Positions 1 to 13,900 of a DNA stretch of 64,000 nucleotides are shown one piece after another (positions within the stretch are counted from its first letter, which is position 1; each line of letters begins with the position of its first letter). Position numbers and translations under genes: made by a program. The notes beneath the pieces were generated by a model, which saw nothing but the letters and a program-made list of their open reading frames with translations, was not told the origin of the DNA and did not search any database. Origin of the DNA: the human T2T-CHM13v2.0 reference genome, Homo sapiens; the NCBI RefSeq assembly GCF_009914755.1, contig NC_060946.1. One strand, given 5' to 3'.

Positions 1-1903
1 CCCAGGTGATTCAACTCTTGACTAGGAACTGCCTACAGAGGTTATTGTGAAATATCTCTGCACTGATAAACTAGGTGGTGTAACACTTGTCCAAGCTCTG
101 CCTACAGGGGCGTTTCCACATATCCCTGAACTGATGACAAAGGTGATGTAACTCTTGCCTAGGCTTTGCCTACAGGGGCATTGGACATATATCTGCACTG
201 ATCACCCAGGTGATGCAACTCTTGTCTAGGCTTTGCCTACAGGGGACATTGTGACATATCTCTGCACTGATCTCCCTGGTACTGTAACTTTAGTCTAGGC
301 TCTGGCTACACGGCATTGTGACATATCACTGCACTGATCAACCAGGTGATATAACTCTTGTATAGGCTCTGCCTACAGGGGGATTGTGACCTACCTCTGC
401 ACTCATCACCAGGTGATATAACTCTTCTCTAGGATCTGCCTACAGGGTGATTTGTGACATATCCCTGCACTGATCACCCAGGTGACCTAACTATGGTCTA
501 AGCTCTGCCTAAGGGGGCATTGTGACAGATCTCTGCACTGATCACTCAGGTGATGTAACTATTGTCTAGGCTCTGCTTAAAGGGGCCTTGTCACATATCC
601 CTGCACTGATCACCCAGGTGATGTAACTCTTGTCTAGGCTCTGCTTCCAGGGCATATTGTGACATAACTATGCACTGATCACCTTAGTGATGTAACACTT
701 GTGTAGGCTCGGCCTACAGAGGAATCTTGACATATCTCTGTACTGTTAAACGAGGTGATTTAACTCTTGTCTAGGCTGTGCCCACAGGGGGATTGAGACA
801 TATCTCTGCACTGATCCCGAGGTGATCCAACTCTTGCCTGGTCTCTGCCTACTGGGGACATTGTGACATATCTCTGCACTGATCTCCCAGGTGCTGTAAA
901 TTTTGTCTAGTCTCTGGCTACACGGCATTGTGACTTATCACTGCACTGATCACCCAGGCGATCCAACTCTTGTCTAGGCTCTGCCTACAATGGTCTTGTG
1001 ACATATCTCTGCACTGATCACCCAGGTGATATAACTCTTCTCTAGGATCTGACCACGGGGTGCTTTGTGACATATCCCTGAAATGATCACCCAGGTGATA
1101 TACCACTTGCAAAGGCTCTGCTTGCAGGGGCATTGCAATGTATCTCTGCACTGATCACCTAGGTCTTGTAGCTATTTTCTGGGATCTGCCTACAGGGTGT
1201 TTTGTGACGGGTCCCAGCAAGGATTACCCAGGTGATGTACCTCTCATCAAGGCTCTGCCTACAGGCACATTGCGATATATCTCTGCACTGATCACCTAGG
1301 TCATGTAACTTTTGTCTAGGCTCTACCTACGATGGTATTGTGACATATCTCTGCACTAATCATCCAAGTGATGTAACACTTGTCTAGGATGTGCCTAAAT
1401 TAACTTTTTGACATAACCCTGTACTGATCATCCAGGTGATGGGGCTTTTGTCTAGGCTCTGCCTAAGGGTTCATTGTGACATATTTCTGCATTGATCACC
1501 CAGGTGGCGAACACTTCTCTCGTATCTGCCTATGGGGGCATTGTGAGAAATCTCTGTACTGATCACCCAGGTGATGTAACTGTTGTGTAACCTCTGCCTA
1601 CAGGGGAATTGTGAGAGATCTCGCCACTGATTACCCAAGTGATGTAACCATTGTCTAGGCTTTGTGTACAGGGGGCTTTGTGACATACCTTTGCACTGAT
1701 CACCCAGGTGATGTAACACATCTAAGTTCGGCCTAAAGGAGCTTTGTGACACATCTCTGCACTGATCACTTAGGTGATGTAACACCTTTATAATCACTGC
1801 CTACAGGGAATTTTGACAAATCTCTGCACTGATCACCTAGGTGATGTAACTCTTGTCTACCCTCTGTCCAACGGGGCATTGTGAAATATCTCAGCACTGA
1901 ACA
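1..1903. repeat. Lineage A HOR copy with a private one-monomer deletion (28-mer, 1903 bp)
   Basis: 'cccaggtgattcaactcttgactagg' occurs at 1 and again at 1904. The 'cttcaatgatcactcatgtgatgcatc' monomer found in the other copies is absent around position 250. Confidence 0.85.
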
Positions 1904-4900
1904 CCCAGGTGATTCAACTCTTGACTAGGAACTGCCTACAGAGGTTATTGTGAAATATCTCTGCACTGATAAACTAGGCGGTGTAACCCTTGTCCAAGCT
2001 CTGCCTACAGGGGCGTTTCCACATATCCCTGAACTGATGACAAAGGTGATGTAACTCTTGCCTAGGCTTTGCCTACAGCGGCATTGGACATATATCTGCA
2101 CTGATCACCCAGGTGATGCAACTCTTGCCTAGGCTTTGCCTACAGGGGACACTGTGACATATCTCTTCAATGATCACTCATGTGATGCATCTCTTGCCTA
2201 GGCTTTGCCAACAGGGGACATTGTGAAATATCTCTGCACTGATCTCCCTGGTACTGTAACTTTAGTCTAGGCTCTGGCTACACGGCATTTTGACATATCA
2301 CTGCACTGATCAACCAGGTGATATAACTCTTGTATAGGCTCTGCCTACAGGGGGATTGTGACCTACCTCTGCACTGATCACCCAGGTGATATAACTCTTC
2401 TCTAGGATCTGCCTACAGGGTGCTTTGTGACATATCCGTGCACTGATCACCCAGGTGACCTAACTCTGGTCTAAGCTCTGCCTAAAGGGGCATTGTGACA
2501 GATCTCTGCACTGGTCACTCAGGTGATGTAACTATTGTCTAGTCTCTGCTTAAAGGGGCCTTGTCACATATCCCTGCACTGATCACCCAGGTGATGTAAC
2601 TCTTGTCTAGGCTCTGCTTCCAGGGCATATTGTGACATAACTATGCACTGATCACCTTAGTGATGTAACACTTGTGTAGGCTCGGCCTACAGAGGAATCT
2701 TGACATATCTCTGCACTGTTAAACGAGGTGATTTAACTCTTGTCTAGGCTGTGCCCTCAGGGGGATTGAGACATATCTCTGCACTGAACCCGCGGTGATC
2801 CAACTCTTGCCTGGTCTCTGCCTACTGGGGACATTGTGACATATCTCTGCACTGATCTCCCAGGTTCTGTAAATTTTGTCTAGGCTCTGGCTACACGGCA
2901 TTGTGACTTATCACTGCAATGATCACCCAGGCGATACAACTCTTGTCTAGGCTCTGTCTACAATGGTCTTGTGACATATCTCTGCACTGATCACCCAGGT
3001 GATATAACTCTTCTCTAGGATCTGACCACCGGGTGCTTTGTGACATATCCCTGCAATGATCACCCAGGTGATATACCACTTGCCAAGGCTCTGCTTACAG
3101 GGGCATTGCAATGTATCTCTGCACTGATCACCTAGGTCTTGTAGCTATTTTCTAGGATCTGCCTACAGGGTGCTTTGTGACGTGTCCCAGCAAGGATTAC
3201 CCAGGTGATGTACCTCTCATCAAGGCTATGCCTACAGGCACATTGCGATATATCTCTGCTCTGATCACCTAGGTCATGTAACTTTTGTCTAGGCTCTACC
3301 TACGATGGCATTGTGACATATCTCTGCACTAATCATCCAAGTGATGTAACACTTGTCTAGGATGTGCCTAAATTAACTTTTTGACATAACCCTGTACTGA
3401 TCATCCAGGTGATGGGGCTTTTGTCTAGGCTCTGCCTAAGGGGGCATTGTGACATATTTCTGCATTGATCACCCAGGTGGCGAACTCTTCTCTCAGATCT
3501 GCCTATGGGGGCATTGTGAGAAATCTCTGCACTGATCAACCAGGTGATGTAACTGTTGTGTAACCTCTGCCTACAGGGGAATTGTGAGAGATCTCTCCAC
3601 TGATTACCCAAGTGATTTAACCATTGTCTAGGCTTTGCGTACAGGGGGCTTTGTGACATACCTTTGCACTGATCACCCAGGTGATGTAACACATCTAAGT
3701 TCGGCCTAAAGGAGCTTTGTGGCACATCTCTGCACTGATCACTTAGGTGATGTAACAGTTTTATAATCACTGCCTACAGGGAATTTTGACAAATCTCTGC
3801 ACTGATCACCTAGGTGATGTAACTCTAGTCTACCCTCTGTCCAACGGGGCATTGTGAAATATCTCAGCACTGAAAACCCAGGTGATTCAACTCTTGACTA
3901 GGAACTGCCTACAGACGTTATTGTGAAATATCTCTGCACTGATAAACTAGGTGGCGTAAACCTTGTCCAAGCTCTGCCTACAGGGGCGTTTCCACATATC
4001 CCTGAACTGATGACAAAGGTGATGTAACTCTTGCCTAGGCTTTGCCTACAGGGGCATTGGACATATATCTGCACTGATCACCCAGGTGATGCAACTCTTG
4101 CCTAGGCTTTGCCTACAGGGGACACTGTGACATATCTCTTTAATGATCACTCATGTGATGCATCTCTTGCCTAGGCTTTGCCAACAGGGGACATTGTGAC
4201 ATATCTCTGCACTGATCTCCCTGGTACTGTAACTTTAGTCTAGGCTCTGGCTACACGGCATTGTGACATATCACTGCACTGATCAACCAGGTGATATAAC
4301 TCTTGTATAGGCTCTGCCTACAGGGGGATTGTGACCTACCTCTGCACTGATCACCAGGTGATATAACTCTTCTCTAGGATCTGCCTACAGGGTGATTTGT
4401 GACATATCCCTGCACTGATCACCCAGGTGACCTAACTCTGGTCTAAGCTCTGCCTAAAGGGGCATTGTGACAGATCTCTGCACTGATCACTCAGGTGATG
4501 TAACTATTGTCTAGGCTCTGCTTAAAGGGGCCTTGTCACATATCCCTGCACTGATCACCCAGGTGATGTAACTCTTGTCTAGGCTCTGCTTCCAGGGCAT
4601 ATTGTGACATAACTATGCACTGATCACCTTAGTGATGTAACACTTGTGTAGGCTCGGCCTACAGAGGAATCTTGACATATCTCTGCACTGTTAAACGAGG
4701 TGATTTAACTCTTGTCTAGGCTGTGCCCACAGGGGGATTGAGACATATCTCTGCACTGATCCCGAGGTGATCCAACTCTTGCCTGGTCTCTGCCTACTGG
4801 GGACATTGTGACATATCTCTGCACTGATCTCCCAGGTGCTGTAAATTTTGTCTAGGCTCTGGCTACACGGCATTGTGACTTATCACTGCACTGATCACCC

Positions 4901-7900
4901 AGGCGATACAACTCTTGTCTAGGCTCTGCCTACAATGGTCTTGTGACATATCTCTGCACTGATCACCCAGGTGATATAACTCTTCTCTAGGATCTGAACA
5001 CGGGGTGCTTTGTGACATATCCCTGAAATGATCACCCACGTGATATACCACTTGCCAAGGCTCTGCTTACAGGGGCATTGCAATGTATCTCTGCACTGAT
5101 CACCTAGGTCTTGTAGCTATTTTCTGGGATCTGCCTACAGGGTGCTTTGTGACGGGTCCCAGCAAGGATTACCCAGGTGATGTACCTCTCTTCAAGGCTC
5201 TGCCTACAGGCACATTGCGATATATCTCTGCACTGATAACCTAGGTCATGTAACTTTTGTCTAGGCTCTACCTACGATGGTATTGTGACATATCTCTGCA
5301 CTAATCATCCAAGTGATGTAACACTTGTCTAGGATGTGCCTAAATTAACTTTTTGACATAACCCTGTACTGATCATCCAGGTGATGGGGCTTTTGTCTAG
5401 GCTCTGCCTAAGGGGGCATTGTGACATATTTCTGCATTGATCACCCAGGTGGCGAACTCTTCTCTCGGATCTGCCTATGGGGGCATTGTGAGAAATCTCT
5501 GCACTGATCACCCAGGTGATGTAACTGTTGTGTAACCTCTGCCTACAGGGGAATTGTGAGAGATCTCCCCACTGATTACCCAAGTGATGTAACCATTGTC
5601 TAGGCTTTCCGTACAGGGGGCTTTGTGACATACCTTTGCACTGATCACCCAGGTGATGTAACACATCTAAGTTCGGCCTAAAGGAGCTTTGTGACACATC
5701 TCTGCACTGATCACTTAGGTGATGTAACACTTTTATAATCACTGCCTACAGGGAATTTTGACAAATCTCTGCACTGATCACCTAGGTGATGTAACTCTTG
5801 TCTACCCTCTGTCCAACGGGGCATTGTGAAATATCTCAGCACTGAACACCCAGGTGATTCAACTCTTGACTAGGAACTGCCTACAGAGGTTATTGTGAAA
5901 TATCTCTGCACTGATAAACTAGGCGGTGTAACCCTTGTCCAAGCTCTGCCTACAGGGGCGTTTCCACATATCCCTGAACTGATGACAAAGGTGATGTAAC
6001 TCTTGCCTAGGCTTTGCCTACAGGGGCATTGGACATATATCTGCACTGATCACCCAGGTGATGCAACTCTTGCCTAGGCTTTGCCTACAGGGGACACTGT
6101 GACATATCTCTTCAATGATCACTCATGTGATGCATCTCTTGCCTAGGCTTTGCCAACAGGGGACATTGTGACATATCTCTGCACTGATCTCCCTGGTAAT
6201 GTAACTTTATTCTAGGCTCTGGCTACACGGCATTGTGACATATCACTGCACTGATCAACCAGGTGATATAACTCTTGTATAGGCTCTGCCTACAGGGGGA
6301 TTGTGACCTACCTCTGCACTGATCTCCCAGGTGATATAACTCTTCTCTAGGATCTGCCTACAGGGTGCTTTGTGACATATCCCTGCACTGATCACCCAGG
6401 TGACCTAACTCTGTTCTAAGCTCTGCCTAAAGGGGCATTGTGACAGATCTCTGCACTGATCACTCAGGTGATGTAACTATTGTCTAGGCTCTGCTTAAAG
6501 GGGCCTTGTCACATATCCCTGCGCTGATCACCCAGGTGATGTAACTCTTGTCTAGGCTCGGCTTCCAGGGCATATTGTGACATAACTATGCACTGATCAC
6601 CTTAGTGATGTAACACTTGTGTAGGCTCGGCCTACAGAGGAATCTTGACATATCTCTGCACTGTTAAACGAGGTGATTTAACTCTTGTCTAGGCTGTGCC
6701 CACAGGGGGATTGAGACATATCTCTGCACTGATCCCGAGGTGATCCAACTCTTACCTGGTCTCTGCCTACTGGGGACATTGTGACATATCTCTGCACTGA
6801 TCTCCCAGGTGCTGTAAATTTTGTCTAGGCTCTGGCTACACGGCATTGTGACTTATCACTGCACTGATCACCCAGGCGATACAACTCTTGTCTAGGCTCT
6901 GCCTACAATGGTCTTGTGACATATCTCTGCACTGATCACCCAGGTGATATAACTCTTCTCTAGGATCTGACCACGGGGTGCTTTGTGACATATCCCTGCA
7001 ATGATCACCCAGGTGATATACCACTTGCCAAGGCTCTGCTTACAGGGGCATTGCAATGTATCTCTGCACTGATCACCTAGGTCTTGTAGCTATTTTCTAG
7101 GATCTGCCTACAGGGTGCTTTGTGACGGGTCACAGCAAGGATTACCCAGGTGATGTACCTCTCATCAAGGCTCTGCCTACAGGCACATTGCGATATATCT
7201 CTGCACTGATCACCTAGGTCACGTAACTTTTGTCTAGGCTCTACCTACGATGGAATTGTGACATATCTCTGCACTAATCATCCAAGTGATGTAACACTTG
7301 TCTAGGATGTGCCTAAATTAACTTTTTGACATAACCCTGTACTGATCATCCAGGTGATGGGGCTTTTGTCTAGGCTCTGCCTAAGGGGGCATTGTGACAT
7401 ATTTCTGCATTGATCACCCAGGTGGCGAACTCTTCTCTCGGATCTGCCTATGGGGCATTGTGAGAAATCTCTGCACTGATCACCCAGGTGATGTAACTGT
7501 TGTGTAACCTCTGCCTACAGGGGAATTGTGAGAGATCTCGCCACTGATTACCCAAGTGATGTTACCATTGTCTAGGATTTGCGTACAGGGGGCTTTGTGA
7601 CATACCTTTGCACTGATCACCCAGGTGATGTAACACATCTAAGTTCGGCCTAAAGGAGCTTTGTGGCACATCTCTGCACTGATCACTTAGGTGATGTAAC
7701 AGTTTTATAATCACTGCCTACAGGGAATTTTGACAAATCTCTGCACTGATCACCTAGGTGATGTAACTCTTGTCTACCCTCTGTCCAACGGGGCATTGTG
7801 AAATATCTCAGCACTGAACACCCAGGTGATTCAACTCTTGACTAGGAACTGCCTACAGACGTTATTGTGAAATATCTCTGCACTGATAAAATAGGTGGTG

Positions 7901-10900
7901 TAACCCTTGTCCAAGCTCTGCCTACAGGGGCGTTTCCACATATCCCTGAACTGATGACACAGGTGATGTAACTCTTGCCTAGGCTTTGCCTACAGGGGCA
8001 TTGGACATATATCTGCACTGATCACCCAGGTGATGCAACTCTTGCCTAGGCTTTGCCTACAGGGGACACTGTGACATATCTCTTCAATGATCACTCATGT
8101 GATGCATCTCTTGCCTAGGCTTTGCCAACAGGGGACATTGTGACATATCTCTGCACTGATCTCCCTGGTACTGTAACTTTAGTCTAGGCTCTGGCTACAC
8201 GGCATTGTGACATATCACTGCACTGATCAACCAGGTGATATAACTCTTGTATAGGCTCTGCCTACAGGGGGATTGTGACCTACCTCTGCACTCATCACCA
8301 GGTGATATAACTCTTCTCTAGGATCTGCCTACAGGGTGATTTGTGACATATCCCTGCACTGATCACCCAGGTGACCTAACTCTGGTCTAAGCTCTGCCTA
8401 AAGGGGCATTGTGACAGATCTCTGCACTGATCACTCAGGTGATGTAACTATTGTCTAGGCTCTGCTTAAAGGGGCCTTGTCACATATCCCTGCACTGATC
8501 ACCCAGGTGATATAACTCTTGTCTAGGCTCTGCTTCCAGGGCATATTGTGACATAACTATGCACTGATCACCTTAGTGATGTAACACTTGTGTAGGCTCG
8601 GCCTACAGAGGAATCTTGACATATCTCTGCACTGTTAAACGAGGTGATTTAACTCTTGTCTAGGCTGTGCCCACAGGGGGATTGAGACATATCTCTGCAC
8701 TGATCCCGAGGTGATCCAACTCTTGCCTGGTCTCTGCCTACTGGGGACATTGTGACATATCTCTGCACTGATCTCCCAGGTGCTGTAAATTCTGTCTAGG
8801 CTCTGGCTACACGGCATTGTGACTTATCACTGCACTGATCACCCAGGCGATACAACTCTTGTCTAGGCTCTGCCTACAATGGTCTTGTGACATATCTCTG
8901 CACTGATCACCCAGGTGATATAACTCTTCTCTAGGATCTGACCACGGGGTGCTTTGTGACATATCCCTGCAATGATCACCCAGGTGATATACCACTTGCC
9001 AAGGCTGTGCTTACAGGGGCATTGCAATGTATCTCTGCACTGATCACCTAGGTCTTGTAGCTATTTTCTAGGATCTGCCTACAGGGTGCTTTGTGACGGG
9101 TCACAGCAAGGATTACCCAGGTGATGTACCTCTCATCAAGGCTCTGCCTACAGGCACATTGCGATATATCTCTGCACTGATCACCTAGGTCACGTAACTT
9201 TTGTCTAGGCTCTACCTACGATGGAATTGTGACATATCTCTGCACTAATCATCCAAGTGATGTAACATTTGTCTAGGATGTGCCTAAATTAACTTTTTGA
9301 CATAACCCTGTACTGATCATCCAGGTGATGGGGCTTTTGTCTAGGCTCTGCCTAAGGGGGCATTGTGACATATTTCTGCATTGATCACCCAGGTGGCGAA
9401 CTCTTCTCTCGGATCTGCCTATGGGGGCATTGTGAGAAATCTCTGCACTGATCACCCAGGTGATGTAACTGTTGTGTAACCTCTGCCTACAGGGGAATTG
9501 TGAGAGATCTCGCCACTGATTACCCAAGTGATGTTACCATTGTCTAGGATTTGCGTACAGGGGGCTTTGTGACATACCTTTGCACTGATCACCCAGGTGA
9601 TGTAACACATCTAAGTTCGGCCTAAAGGAGCTTTGTGGCACATCTCTGCACTGATCACTTAGGTGATGTAACAGTTTTATAATCACTGCCTACAGGGAAT
9701 TTTGACAAATCTCTGCACTGATCACCTAGGTGATGTAACTCTTGTCTACCCTCTGTCCAACGGGGCATTGTGAAATATCTCAGCACTGAACACCCAGGTG
9801 ATTCAACTCTTGACTAGGAACTGCCTACAGACGTTATTGTGAAATATCTCTGCACTGATAAAATAGGTGGTGTAACCCTTGTCCAAGCTCTGCCTACAGG
9901 GGCGTTTCCACATATCCCTGAACTGATGACAAAGGTGATGTAACTCTTGCCTAGGCTTTGCCTACAGGGGCATTGGACATATATCTGCACTGATCACCCA
10001 GGTGATGCAACTCTTGCCTAGGCTTTGCCTACAGGGGACACTGTGACATATCTCTTCAATGATCACTCATGTGATGCATCTCTTGCCTAGGCTTTGCCAA
10101 CAGGGGACATTGTGACATATCTCTGCACTGATCTCCCTGGTACTGTAACTTTAGTCTAGGCTCTGGCTACACGGCATTTTGACATATCACTGCACTGATC
10201 AACCAGGTGATATAACTCTTGTATAGGCTCTGCCTACAGGGGGATTGTGACCTACCTCTGCACTGATCACCCAGGTGATATAACTCTTCTCTAGGATCTG
10301 CCTACAGGGTGCTTTGTGACATATCCGTGCACTGATCACCCAGGTGACCTAACTCTGTTCTAAGCTCTGCCTAAAGGGGCATTGTGACAGATCTCTGCAC
10401 TGATCACTCAGGTGATGTAACTATTGTCTAGGCTCTGCTTAAAGGGGCCTTGTCACATATCCCTGCACTGATCACCCAGGTGATGTAACTCTTGTCTAGG
10501 CTCTGCTTCCAGGGCATATTGTGACATAACTATGCACTGATCACCTTAGTGATGTAACACTTGTGTAGGCTCGGCCTACAGAGGAATCTTGACATATCTC
10601 TGCACTGTTAAACGAGGTGATTTAACTCTTGTCTAGGCTGTGCCCACAGGGGGATTGAGACATATCTCTGCACTGATCCCGAGGTGATCCAACTCTTGCC
10701 TGGTCTCTGCCTACTGGGGACATTGTGACATATCTCTGCACTGATCTCCCAGGTTCTGTAAATTTTGTCTAGGCTCTGGCTACACGGCATTGTGACTTAT
10801 CACTGCAATGATCACCCAGGCGATACAACTCTTGTCTAGGCTCTGTCTACAATGGTCTTGTGACATATCTCTGCACTGATCACCCAGGTGATATAACTCT

Positions 10901-13900
10901 TCTCTAGGATCTGACCACCGGGTGCTTTGTGACATATCCCTGCAATGATCACCCAGGTGATATACCACTTGCCAAGGCTCTGCTTACAGGGGCATTGCAA
11001 TGTATCTCTGCACTGATCACCTAGGTCTTGTAGCTATTTTCTAGGATCTGCCTACAGGGTGCTTTGTGACGTGTCCCAGCAAGGATTACCCAGGTGATGT
11101 ACCTCTCATCAAGGCTATGCCTACAGGCACATTGCGATATATCTCTGCTCTGATCACCTAGGTCATGTAACTTTTGTCTAGGCTCTACCTACGATGGCAT
11201 TGTGACATATCTCTGCACTAATCATCCAAGTGATGTAACACTTGTCTAGGATGTGCCTAAATTAACTTTTTGACATAACCCTGTACTGATCATCCAGGTG
11301 ATGGGGCTTTTGTCTAGGCTCTGCCTAAGGGGGCATTGTGACATATTTCTGCATTGATCACCCAGGTGGCGAACTCTTCTCTCAGATCTGCCTATGGGGG
11401 CATTGTGAGAAATCTCTGCACTGATCAACCAGGTGATGTAACTGTTGTGTAACCTCTGCCTACAGGGGAATTGTGAGAGATCTCTCCACTGATTACCCAA
11501 GTGATTTAACCATTGTCTAGGCTTTGCGTACAGGGGGCTTTGTGACATACCTTTGCACTGATCACCCAGGTGATGTAACACATCTAAGTTCGGCCTAAAG
11601 GAGCTTTGTGGCACATCTCTGCACTGATCACTTAGGTGATGTAACAGTTTTATAATCACTGCCTACAGGGAATTTTGACAAATCTCTGCACTGATCACCT
11701 AGGTGATGTAACTCTAGTCTACCCTCTGTCCAACGGGGCATTGTGAAATATCTCAACACTGAACACCCAGGTGATTCAACTCTTGACTAGGAACTGCCTA
11801 CAGACGTTATTGTGAAATATCTCTGCACTGATAAACTAGGTGGCGTAACCCTTGTCCAAGCTCTGCCTACAGGGGCGTTTCCACATATCCCTGAACTGAT
11901 GACAAAGGTGATGTAACTCTTGCCTAGGCTTTGCCTACAGGGGCATTGGACATATATCTGCACTGATCACCCAGGTGATGCAACTCTTGCCTAGGCTTTG
12001 CCTACAGGGGACACTGTGACATATCTCTTTAATGATCACTCATGTGATGCATCTCTTGCCTAGGCTTTGCCAATAGGGGACATTGTGACATATCTCTGCA
12101 CTGATCTCCCTGGTACTGTAACTTTAGTCTAGGCTCTGGCTACACGGCATTGTGACATATCACTGCACTGATCAACCAGGTGATATAACTCTTTTATAGG
12201 CTCTGCCTACAGGGGGATTGTGACCTACCTCTGCACTGATCACCAGGTGATATAACTCTTCTCTAGGATCTGCCTACAGGGTGATTTGTGACATATCCCT
12301 GCACTGATCACCCAGGTGACCTAACTCTGGTCTAAGCTCTGCCTAAAGGGGCATTGTGACAGATCTCTGCACTGATCACTCAGGTGATGTAACTATTGTC
12401 TAGGCTCTGCTTAAAGGGGCCTTGTCACATATCCCTGCACTGATCACCCAGGTGATGTAACTCTTGTCTAGGCTCTGCTTCCAGGGCATATTGTGACATA
12501 ACTATGCACTGATCACCTTAGTGATGTAACACTTGTGTAGGCTCGGCCTACAGAGGAATCTTGACATATCTCTGCACTGTTAAACGAGGTGATTTAACTC
12601 TTGTCTAGGCTGTGCCCACAGGGGGATTGAGACATATCTCTGCACTGATCCCGAGGTGATCCAACTCTTGCCTGCTCTCTGCCTACTGGGGACATTGTGA
12701 CATATCTCTGCACTGATCTCCCAGGTGCTGTAAATTTTGTCTAGGCTCTGGCTACACGGCATTGTGACTTATCACTGCACTGATCACCCAGGCGATACAA
12801 CTCTTGTCTAGGCTCTGCCTACAATGGTCTTGTGACATATCTCTGCACTGATCACCCAGGTGATATAACTCTTCTCTAGGATCTGACCACGGGGTGCTTT
12901 GTGACATATCCCTGCAATGATCACCCAGGTGATATACCACTTGCCAAGGCTCTGCTTACAGGGGCATTGCAATGTATCTCTGCACTGATCACCTAGGTCT
13001 TGTAGCTATTTTCTAGGATCTGCCTACAGGGTGCTTTGTGACGGGTCACAGCAAGGATTACCCAGGTGATGTAACTCTCATCAAGGCTCTGCCTACAGGC
13101 ACATTGCGATATATCTCTGCACTGATCACCTAGGTCACGTAACTTTTGTCTAGGCTCTACCTACGATGGAATTGTGACATATCTCTGCACTAATCATCCA
13201 AGTGATGTAACACTTGTCTAGGATGTGCCTAAATTAACTTTTTGACATAACCCTGTACTGATCATCCAGGTGATGGGGCTTTTGTCTAGGCTCTGCCTAA
13301 GGGGGCATTGTGACATATTTCTGCATTGATCACCCAGGTGGCGAACTCTTCTCTCGGATCTGCCTATGGGGGCATTGTGAGAAATCTCTGCACTGATCAC
13401 CCAGGTGATGTAACTGTTGTGTAACCTCTGCCTACAGGGGAATTGTGAGAGATCTCGCCACTGATTACCCAAGTGATGTTACCATTGTCTAGGATTTGCG
13501 TACAGGGGGCTTTGTGACATACCTTTGCACTGATCACCCAGGTGATGTAACACATCTAAGTTCGGCCTAAAGGAGCTTTGTGGCACATCTCTGCACTGAT
13601 CACTTAGGTGATGTAACAGTTTTATAATCACTGCCTACAGGGAATTTTGACAAATCTCTGCACTGATCACCTAGGTGATGTAACTCTTGTCTACCCTCTG
13701 TCCAACGGGGCATTGTGAAATATCTCAGCACTGAACACCCAGGTGATTCAACTCTTGACTAGGAACTGCCTACAGACGTTATTGTGAAATATCTCTGCAC
13801 TGATAAAATAGGTGGTGTAACCCTTGTCCAAGCTCTGCCTACAGGGGCGTTTCCACATATCCCTGAACTGATGACAAAGGTGATGTAACTCTTGCCTAGG

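Noticed and set aside
1780-1800. TATAAT / TATA-like motif ('ttttataatc') as a promoter
   Set aside because: It is a diverged position in one satellite monomer with no downstream gene and no support for promoter function.
3357-3770. Recurrent minus-strand 137-aa ORF (MIIK.LHHLSDQCRD...) and other 60-137 aa ORFs with HLGDQCRDMSQ motifs that resemble a His/Cys repeat protein
   Set aside because: They are translations of the 68-bp monomer, which is not a multiple of 3, so the same motif cycles through frames. Copies are freely broken by stops and frameshifts, many start at non-ATG codons, and there is no gene context.
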